64,000 nucleotides of DNA, from NCBI GenBank assembly GCA_040954595.2, contig CM082591.2, positions 9,875,309-9,939,308 of the forward strand, written 5' to 3'. Position 1 is the first letter of the stretch, and each line of letters opens with the position of its first letter. Below, piece after piece: positions 1 through 9,389 of this stretch. Below the pieces are notes generated by a model that had not been told where the DNA came from, ran no database searches, and was given only the letters and a program-made list of their open reading frames with translations. The stretch is from Balanoglossus misakiensis. Lineage: Eukaryota > Animalia > Hemichordata. Made by a program: the position numbers and the translations under genes.

Positions 1-153
1 GACTTTGTGTATATCAATGTCATTTTCATAACGAAAATGAACTCGAGTCTAATGTAAACGTTACGAATTGATCGAAAGGCGTTCTGATGAATGTTAACAC
101 GAGTGCGCAGTGACAAGACATGCATCGTGCATGACAGTGACAACAGTTCCTAT

Positions 154-270
154 AGAGCAGTTAAAAAATAAACCGGCCGTCCGTAAATTTATCAGCTATA
201 TTTTTTTTTATTTAGTCACGTTTTCCCTGTTGCATGCTATTAGTTCAGGGACCAGTTTTAGCAGTGCTCT
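154..270. mobile_element. Possible degenerate small TIR element (AT|AGAGCA...TGCTCT|AT); one per unit
   Basis: 8-bp inverted repeat ATAGAGCA (152-159) / TGCTCTAT (265-272), with looser inner symmetry (AAACCGGCC vs GGCCAGTTTT in most units). The flanking AT could be a 2-bp TSD. Confidence 0.35.
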
Positions 271-306
271 ATTGAGTACTTTCGTATCGATGGATTGATC
301 TCTCGT

Positions 307-322
307 CCAATCAGAATGGCGG
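307..322 (+). promoter_or_regulatory. CCAAT-box and YY1-like motif pair (CCAATCA-G-AATGGCGG); motif match only
   Basis: Matches the NF-Y core CCAATCA and the YY1 core ATGGCG. A second, reverse CCAAT box (GATTGGCTG) lies at 1424-1432. No evidence of function. Confidence 0.2.
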
Positions 323-601
323 ATGGTAGCATGATCCGACATATTGCGTATTACAATAGGGCTTCCTCATACAGGTCAGAACGGAGAGGTCTTTCATTTT
401 ATTTTAGGACGTCTCAGCTCCTTTGTATTTTCTGTTATAGTGTTAAAGAAATCAAACGGTTTTGTTTTGGCCGGTAAACACCGATGGATTAACTCTTAAG
501 TCCATCGTGCATCCAAACGCAGTCGAGTCGGTTTGGTCATTGTTTATGCGACAGTAAATGCCAAATGTGACAGAAGCATCATATTAAATGAGATAGAATA
601 C

Positions 602-655
602 ACAAACAAACAAACATACGAATAAACAAACAGGCAAACAAACAAACAGACAACC
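602..655. repeat. Imperfect (AAAC)n microsatellite directly left of the MITE; one per unit, variable length
   Basis: ACAAACAAACAAACATACGAATAAACAAACAGGCAAACAAACAAACAGACAACC. The last block has 2-5 AAAC copies depending on the unit. Confidence 0.95.
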
Positions 656-659
656 ATTA

Positions 660-842
660 GGGACTGTTCAGAATTTACTTCCAAGTTGGGGATGGAGGAT
701 TTTTTATTTTCCTGGTGATTTTTTTCCATGGTCTCCCCTAGTAAATTGTGGAGGAAATATGTGGTCCCTCCTTAAATTTCCTGGGGATTTTCCATGGTCC
801 CCCTATTGTGACTTTTATGTCTAGTCTCCCCTAAATTGTCCC
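660..842. mobile_element. Internally deleted copy of the Harbinger-like MITE (unit 1)
   Basis: The left TIR is intact at 660. About 70 bp, including the poly-C tract and most of the right TIR, is missing. The junction ...AAATTGTC|CCTTATT keeps only the terminal GTCCC and the TTA TSD. Confidence 0.85.
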
Positions 843-946
843 TTATTAAAGCCAACAGCTAGCACCCTTGCTTCTCTGCCAGAGGAGCGATAACATCGAC
901 AAAATGCAGATACACAAGAAATGAGCACTTTATTCCACAAGTGAAG

Positions 947-1034
947 TAGTCTGTTCCCTGCCCCATTCCCACCGCTGGCTGCGCCCTTTAGCGTAGCGCC
1001 GATGGCAGTGGGAATGGGGCAGGGGACCAGACTA
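947..1034. mobile_element. 88-bp palindromic non-autonomous DNA element with TAG...CTA termini and 9-bp TSD; one copy per unit (e.g. 3465-3552 in unit 2)
   Basis: Arms TAGTCTGTTCCCTGCCCCATTCCCAC and GTGGGAATGGGGCAGGGGACCAGACTA are inverted repeats (one mismatch, one indel). The direct repeat CAAGTGAAG flanks both sides (938-946, 1035-1043). Confidence 0.85.
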
Positions 1035-3106
1035 CAAGTGAAGAACCCCAGTAACAGACGTAACGAACAAACAAACTACATGTACTAACAGCAAAGCAAG
1101 AAAAGTGTCAAGCGTCGTCAAAGAAAACGAAAAAGTTCTAGCATGGTTGGTAAAAGTTTATTGGTAGAAAACGAATAGGGCCTTCTACAAATGACGTCTC
1201 AGACCCGCAAACGCCACCAGAACACAAAACACATGCACAGAACAGTTTAAGCCGGTTGTTGTATGGAGCAGCAATAATCTGCGGTTGGGCCGTCGTAGAT
1301 TTTCGCTGGTGGTGAAAATAAATAAAACACGATCGAAGTTCGATTTATTCCAGATCACATGCGTTTACGGCCAGGAGAGAGCATAAAAGTCTTCAAATGA
1401 CCATGTGGTGGCGCACTTTTTCCGATTGGCTGTATTTCAATTTGTTCGTGGTAAATTAATTTTGTGGAGGTGACCGGCACTGAAGCTCTTAGCTAGGATG
1501 AGGTGGGATGGAAAAATGCCCCATTTTAGCTGTTTTAAAATATACGACTATTTATAGACAAAAGGAAAATAAAACAAGCGCAAAAACATACCAAACCTAG
1601 TTTTATTAATTAAAAACAAAATTGCTGAGTAAAGGTTTTCATGTGGGCATTCACTTTGAACTTGCTAAATTAATTTAAAGAGACAAAGTCGCTCTCTCTT
1701 TGTCCTTTTGCGATGATAGAATGCTTGCTTGAAGTCTCTCGTGCAATAAATGATGTCGATTCATACATGTATGGATGGTGTATAGGTGGTCGAAATTTAC
1801 ATGTCTTTGCCACGACCAAACCAACAACACGTAAAATCAAAGTTTGGGTCATGAAATCGAGTTTTGTTACAGTCTGGAATTTCATGCCACCCCTTATGGT
1901 CATATTATTCTTGGTAGGCAAAAGTGACAAGTAGTCAAGTTTCAACACAGGCAACATTTTTTACAAACAAACCACAAAGAAGACATCAAAAGGGAGAGAA
2001 TTATAGAATGGTCAATGTGTGAAAAGTTAAGATAGGTAAAGTGGCCGGGTTCAACATTAACTCATCGACTTCATATCGTCTTCATGCCATGGTTTTTGCC
2101 TGCCCTGAAAGTTCTTGTCGTTGCAGAAGTGGTTTTGACAGAAAGAATTTAGTCTTCCGGGATGTTTGTGATTATTTGAACACCAGACAATACAATGCAA
2201 CCTTGACTTCCAAAATACTTACCGGCATTGCATTATCTTACCATGGTTAGGCCTACAGTGAACAAACTTTCAACAATATTTTCTGAGTTACCGCTGATAT
2301 TTGTTTTGTAGTATGGATATTAAATTATACATCCCGATACAAAGCAGAATGTTACAGAATCCTTCCTGAGTGATATTGAAAAAATTACCGGAATGCTACC
2401 GCCTAATCTATGGTTAGGGTTATTGCTATTATTTTATATCAGTAATCGACTTTGTGTATATCAATGTCATTTTCATAACGAAAATGAACTCGAGTCTAAT
2501 GTAAACGTTACGAATTGATCGAAAGGCGCTCTGATGAATGTTAACACGAGTGCGCAGTGACAAGACATGCATCGTGCATGACAGTGACAACAGTTCCTAT
2601 AGAGCAGTTAAAAAATAAACCGGCCGTCCGTAAATTTATCAGCTATATTTTTTTTTTTTTAGTCACGTTTTCCCTGTTGCATGCTATTAGTTCAGGGGCC
2701 AGTTTTAGCAGTGCTCTATTGAGTACTTTCGTATCGATGGATTGATCTCTCGTCCAATCAGAATGGCGGATGGTAGCATGATCCGACATATTGCGTATTA
2801 CAATAGGGCTTCCTCATACAGGTCAGAACGGAGAGGTCATTCCTTTTATTTTAGGACGTCTCAGCTCCTTTGTCTTTTCTGTTATAGTGTTAAATAAATC
2901 AAACGGTTTTGTTTTGGCCGGTAAACACCGATGGATTAACTCTTAAGTCCATCGTGCATCCAAACGCAGTCGAGTCGGTTTGGTCATTGTTTATGCGACA
3001 GTAAATGCCAAATGTGACAGAAGCATCATATTAAATGAGATAGAATACACAAACAAACAAACATACGAATAAACAAACAGGCAAACAAACAAACAAACAA
3101 CCATTA

Positions 3107-3360
3107 GGGACTGTTCAGAATTTACTTCCAAGTTGGGGATGGAGGATTTTTTATTTTCCTGGTGATTTATTTCCATGGTCTCCCCTAGTAAATTGTGGAG
3201 GAAATATGTTGTCCCTCCTTAAATTTCCTGGGGATTTTCCATGGTCCCCCTATTGTGACTTTTATGTCTAGTCTCCCCTAATTTGTCTTGGAGAAAATGG
3301 GTGGTCCCCCCCCCCCTCTGAAAATTCTCCGCCCCCTGGAAGTAAATTCTGAACAGTCCC
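3107..3360. mobile_element. MITE, PIF/Harbinger (Tourist)-like, 254 bp; one copy per unit
   Basis: Perfect 24-bp TIRs GGGACTGTTCAGAATTTACTTCCA (3107-3130) and TGGAAGTAAATTCTGAACAGTCCC (3337-3360), flanked by TTA on both sides (3104-3106, 3361-3363). A 3-bp TTA/TAA TSD with G-starting TIRs is the PIF/Harbinger signature. No coding capacity. Confidence 0.88.
3156..3316. repeat. Degenerate ~33-bp internal subrepeat inside the MITE
   Basis: GTC(T)CCC motif at ~3178, 3211, 3244, 3271, 3304. TTTCCTGG(T/G)GATTT..TTCCATGGTC(T)CCCCT occurs twice, ~68 bp apart. Confidence 0.7.
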
Positions 3361-6300
3361 TTATTAAAGCCAACAGCTAGCACCCTGGCTTCTCTGCCAG
3401 AGGAGCGATAACATCGACAAAATGCAGATACACAAGAAATGAGCACTTTATTCCACAAGCGAAGTAGTCTGGTCCCTGCCCCATTCCCACCGCTGGCTGC
3501 GCCCTTTAGCGTAGCGCCGATGGCAGTGGGAATGGGGCAGGGGACCAGACTACAAGTGAAGAACCCCAGTAACAGACGTAACGAACAAACAAACTACATG
3601 TACTAACAACAAAGCAAGAAAAGTGTCAAGCGTCGTCAAAGAAAACGAAAAAGTTCTAGCATGGTTGGTAAAAGTTATTGGTAGAAAACGAATAGGGCCT
3701 TCTACAAATGACGTCTCAGACCCGCAAACGCCACCAGAACACAAAACACATGCACAGAACAGTTTAAGCCGGTTGTTGTATGGAGCAGCTATAATCTGCG
3801 GTTGGGCCGTCGTAGATTTTCGCTGGTGGTGAAAATAAATAAAACACGATCGATGTTCGATTTATTCCAGATCACATGCGTTTACGGCCAGGAGAGAGCA
3901 TAAAAGTCTTCAAATGACCATGTGGTGGCGCACTTTTTCCGATTGGCTGTATTTCAATTTGTTCGTGGTAAATTAATTTTGTGGAGGTGACCGGCACTGA
4001 AGCTCTTAGCTAGGATGAGGTGGGATTGAAAAATGCCCCATTTTAGCTGTTTTAAAATATACGACTATTTATAGACAAAAGGAAAATAAAACAAGCGCAA
4101 AAACATACCAAACCTAGTTTTATTAATTAAAAACAAAATTGCTGAGTAAAGGTTTTCATGTGGGCATTCACTTTGAACTTGCTAAATTAATTTAAAGAGA
4201 CAAAGTCGCTCTCTCTTTGTCCTTTTGCGATGATAGAATGCTTGCTTGAAGTCTCTCGTGCAATAAATGATGTCGATTCATACATGTATGGATGGTGTAT
4301 AGGTGGTCGGAATTTACATGTCTTTGCCACGACCAAACCAACAACACGTAAAATCAAAGTTTGGGTCATGAAATCGAGTTTTGTTACAGTCTGGAATTTC
4401 ATGCCACCCCTTATGGTCATATTATTCTTGGTAGGCAAAAGTGACAAGTAGTCAAGTTTCAACACAGGCAACATTTTTTACAAACAAACCACAAAGAAGA
4501 CATCAAAAGGGAGAGAATTATAGAATGGTCAATGTGTGAAAAGTTAAGATAGGTAAAGTGGCCGGGTTCAACATTAACTCATCGACTTCATATCGTCTTC
4601 ATGCCATGGTTTTTGCCTGCCCTGAAAGTTCTTGTCGTTGCAGAAGTGGTTTTGACAGAAAGAATTTAGTCTTCCGGGATGTTTGTGATTATTTGAACAC
4701 CAGACAATACAATGCAACCTTGACTTCCAAAATACTTACCGGCATTGCATTATCTTACCATGGTTAGGCCTACAGTGAACAAACTTTCAACAATATTTTC
4801 TGAGTTACCGCTGATATTTGTTTTGTAGTATGGATATTAAATTATACATCCCGATACAAAGCAGAATGTTATAGAATCCTTCCTGAGTGATATTGAAAAA
4901 ATTACCGGAATGCTACCGCCTAATCTATGGTTAGGGTTATTGCTATTATTTTATATCAGTAATCGACTTTGTGTATATCAATGTCATTTTCATAACGAAA
5001 ATGAACTCGAGTCTAATGTAAACGTTACGAATTGATCGAAAGGCGCTCTGATGAATGTTAACACGAGTGCGCAGTGACAAGACATGCATCGTGCATGACA
5101 GTGACAACAGTTCCTATAGAGCAGTTAAAAAATAAACCGGCCGTCCGTAAATTTATCAGCTATATTTTTTTTTTTATTTAGTCACGTTTTCCCTGTTGCA
5201 TGCTATTAGTTCAGGGGCCAGTTTTAGCAGTGCTCTATTGACTACTTTCGTATCGATGGATTGATCTCTCGTCCAATCAGAATGGCGGATGGTAGCATGA
5301 TCCGACATATTGCGTATTACAATAGGGCTTCCTCATACAGGTCAGAACGGAGAGGTCATTCCTTTTATTTTAGGACGTCTCAGCTCCTTTGTCTTTTCTG
5401 TTATAGTGTTAAATAAATCAAACGGTTTTGTTTTGGCCGGTAAACACCGATGGATTAACTCTTAAGTCCATCGTGCAACCAAACGCAGTCGAGTCGGTTT
5501 GGTCATTGTTTATGCGACAGTAAATGCCAAATGTGACAGAAGCATCATATTAAATGAGATAGAATACACAAACAAACAAACATACGAATAAACAAACAGG
5601 CAAACAAACAAACAAACAACCATTAGGGACTGTTCAGAATTTACTTCCAAGTTGGGGATGGAGGATTTTTTATTTTCCTGGTGATTTATTTCCATGGTCT
5701 CCCCTAGTAAATTGTGGAGGAAATATGTGGTCCCTCCTTAAATTTCCTGGGGATTTTCCATGGTCCCCCTATTGTGACTTTTATGTCTAGTCTCCCCTAA
5801 TTTGTCTTGGAGAAAATGGGTGGTCCCCCCCCCCCTCTGAAAATTCTCCGCCCCCTGGAAGTAAATTCTGAACAGTCCCTTATTAAAGCCAACAGCTAGC
5901 ACCCTGGCTTCTCTGCCAGAGGAGCGATAACATCGACAAAATGCAGATACACAAGAAATGAGCACTTTATTCCACAAGCGAAGTAGTCTGTTCCCTGCCC
6001 CATTCCCACCGCTGGCTGCGCCCTTTAGCGTAGCGCCGATGGCAGTGGGAATGGGGCAGGGGACCAGACTACAAGTGAAGAACCCCAGTAACAGACGTAA
6101 CGAACAAACAAACTACATGTACTAACAACAAAGCAAGAAAAGTGTCAAGCGTCGTCAAAGAAAACGAAAAAGTTCTAGCATGGTTGGTAAAAGTTATTGG
6201 TAGAAAACGAATAGGGCCTTCTACAAATGACGTCTCAGACCCGCAAACGCCACCAGAACACAAAACACATGCACAGAACAGTTTAAGCCGGTTGTTGTAT

Positions 6301-9300
6301 GGAGCAGCAATAATCTGCGGTTGGGCCGTCGTAGATTTTCGCTGGTGGTGAAAATAAATAAAACACGATCGATGTTCGATTTATTCCAGATCACATGCGT
6401 TTACGGCCAGGAGAGAGCATAAAAGTCTTCAAATGACCATGTGGTGGCGCACTTTTTCCGATTGGCTGTATTTCAATTTGTTCGTGGTAAATTAATTTTG
6501 TGGAGGTGACCGGCACTGAAGCTCTTAGCTAGGATGAGGTGGGATGGAAAAATGCCCCATTTTAGCTGTTTTAAAATATACGACTATTTATAGACAAAAG
6601 GAAAATAAAACAAGCGCAAAAACATACCAAACCTAGTTTTATTAATTAAAAACAAAATTGCTGAGTAAAGGTTTTCATGTGGGCATTCACTTTGAACTTG
6701 CTAAATTAATTTAAAGAGACAAAGTCGCTCTCTCTTTGTCCTTTTGCGATGATAGAATGCTTGCTTGAAGTCTCTCGTGCAATAAATGATGTCGATTCAT
6801 ACATGTATGGATGGTGTATAGGTGGTCGGAATTTACATTGTCTTTGCCACGACCAAACCAACAACACGTAAAATCAAAGTTTGGGTCATGAAATCGAGTT
6901 TTGTCACAGTCTGGAATTTCATGCCACCCCTTATGGTCATATTATTCTAGGTAGGCAAAAGTGACAAGTAGTCAAGTTTCAACACAGGCAACATTTTTTA
7001 CAAACAAACCACAAAGAAGACATCAAAAGGGAGAGAATTATAGAATGGTCAATGTGTGAAAAGTTAAGATGCGTAAAGTGGCCGGGTTCAACATTAACTC
7101 ATCGACTTCATATCGTCTTCATGCCATGGTTTTTGCCTGCCCTGAAAGTTCTTGTCGTTGCAGAAGTGGTTTTGACAGAAAGAATTTAGTCTTCCGGGAT
7201 GTTTGTGATTATTTGAACACCAGACAATACAATGCAACCTTGACTTCCAAAATACTTACCGGCATTGCATTATCTTACCATGGTTAGGCCTACAGTGAAC
7301 AAATTTTCAACAATATTTTCTGAGTTACCGCTGATATTTGTTTTGTAGTATGGATATTAAATTATACATCCCGATACAAAACAGAATGTTATAGAATCCT
7401 TCCTGAGTGATATTGAAAAAATTACCGGAATGCTACCGCCTAATCTATGGTTAGGGTTATTGCTATTATTTTATATCAGTAATCGACTTTGTGTATATCA
7501 ATGTCATTTTCATAACGAAAATGAACTCGAGTCTAATGTAAACGTTACGAATTGATCGAAAGGCGCTCTGATGAATGTTAACACGAGTGCGCAGTGACAA
7601 GACATGCATCGTGCGTGGCAGTGACAACAGTTCCTATAGAGCAGTTAAAAAATAAACCGGCCGTCCGGAAATTTATCAGCTATATTTTTTTTTATTTAGT
7701 CACGTTTTCCCTGTTGCATGCTATTAGTTCAGGGGCCAGTTTTAGCAGTGCTCTATTGAGTACTTTCGTATCGATGGATTGATCTCTCGTCCAATCAGAA
7801 TGGCGGATGGTAGCATGATCCGACATATTGCGTATTACAATAGGGCTTCCTCATACAGGTCAGAACGGAGAGGTCATTCCTTTTATTTTAGGACGTCTCA
7901 GCTCCTTTGTCTTTTCTGTTATAGTGTTAAAGAAATCAAACGGTTTTGTTTTGGCCGGTAAACACCGATGGATTAACTCTTAAGTCCATCGTGCATCCAA
8001 ACGCAGTCGAGTCGGTTTGGTCATTGTTTATGCGACAGTAAATGCCAAATGTGACAGAAGCATCATATTAAATGAGATAGAATACACAAACAAACAAACA
8101 TACGAATAAACAAACAGGCAAACAAACAAACAAACAACCATTAGGGACTGTTCAGAATTTACTTCCAAGTTGGGGATGGAGGATTTTTTATTTTCCTGGT
8201 GATTTTTTTCCATGGTCTCCCCTAGTAAATTGTGGAGGAAATATGTGGTCCCTCCTTAAATTTCCTGGGGATTTTCCATGGTCCCCCTATTGTGACTTTT
8301 ATGTCTAGTCTCCCCTAATTTGTCTTGGAGAAAATGGGTGGTCCCCCCCCCTCTGAAAATTCTCCGCCCCCCTGGAAGTAAATTCTGAACAGTCCCTTAT
8401 TAAAGCCAACAGCTAGCACCCTGGCTTCTCTGCCAGAGGAGTGATAACATCGACAAAATGCAGATACACAAGAAATGAGCACTTTATTCCACAAGTGAAG
8501 TAGTCTGTTCCCTGCCCCATTCCCACCGCTGGCTGCGCCCTTTAGCGTAGCGCCGATGGCAGTGGGAATGGGGCAGGGGACCAGACTACAAGTGAAGAAC
8601 CCCAGTAACAGACGTAACGAACAAACAAACTACATGTACTAACAACAAAGCAAGAAAAGTGTCAAGCGTCGTCAAAGAAAACGAAAAAGTTCTAGCATGG
8701 TTGGTAAAAGTTTTTGGTAGAAAACGAATAGGGCCTTCTACAAATGACGTCTCAGACCCGCAAACGCCACCAGAACACAAAACACATGCACAGAACAGTT
8801 TAAGCCGGTTGTTGTATGGAGCAGCAATAATCTGCGGTTGGGCCGTCGTAGATTTTCGCTGGTGGTGAAAATAAATAAACCACACGATCGATGTTCGATT
8901 TATTCCAGATCACATGCGTTTACGGCCAGGAGAGAGCATAAAAGTCTTCAAATGACCATGTGGTGGCGCACTTTTTCCGATTGGCTGTATTTCAATTTGT
9001 TCGTGGTAAATTAATTTTGTGGAGGTGACCGGCACTGAAGCTCTTAGCTAGGATGAGGTGGGATGGAAAAATGCCCCATTTTAGCTGTTTTAAAATATAC
9101 GACTATTTATAGACAAAAGGAAAATAAAACAAGCGCAAAAACATACCAAACCTAGTTTTATTAATTAAAAACAAAATTGCTGAGTAAAGGTTTTCATGTG
9201 GGCATTCACTTTGAACTTGCTAAATTAATTTAAAGAGACAAAGTCGCTCTCTCTTTGTCCTTTTGCGATGATAGAATGCTTGCTTGAAGTCTCTCGTGCA

Positions 9301-9389
9301 ATAAATGATGTCGATTCATACATGTATGGATGGTGTATAGGTGGTCGGAATTTACATGTCTTTGCCACGACCAAACCAACAACACGTAA

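Larger units (their letters stand above)
2448..4964. repeat. Representative full-length monomer (unit 2, 2517 bp)
   Basis: Bounded by successive GACTTTGTGTATATCAATG occurrences at 2448 and 4965. The phase is arbitrary. Confidence 0.97.

Noticed and set aside
73-110. Hammerhead ribozyme suggested by CGAAA...CTGATGA
   Set aside because: No GAAA follows a closable stem II after CTGATGA, and the upstream GAAA is too close to fit stems III and I. The core topology cannot be built.
1286-1303. Minus-strand peptide KIYDGP resembling a CUB-domain motif after an acceptor-like TTTTCACCACCAG
   Set aside because: A stop follows within about 12 codons, no other CUB residues are present and there is no suitable donor. 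Likely chance.
2041-2062. tRNA/Pol III B-box-like GGGTTCAAC
   Set aside because: No cloverleaf, A box or acceptor stem.
2215-2230. U1 snRNA 5' end (ATACTTACC)
   Set aside because: The match stops after 9 nt, with no U1 stem-loops or correctly placed Sm site. It is better explained as the reverse complement of a splice-donor-like sequence.
2158-2336. Inverted repeat CGGGATGT / ACATCCCG
   Set aside because: Only 8 bp, does not extend and has no TSD; compatible with chance.
2412-2422. Telomere-like GGTTAGGGTTA
   Set aside because: Fewer than two TTAGGG copies; not a telomeric tract.
3280-3292. U7-type Sm site AATTTGTCT
   Set aside because: It lies inside the MITE subrepeat and lacks the terminal AG and the 3' hairpin of U7.
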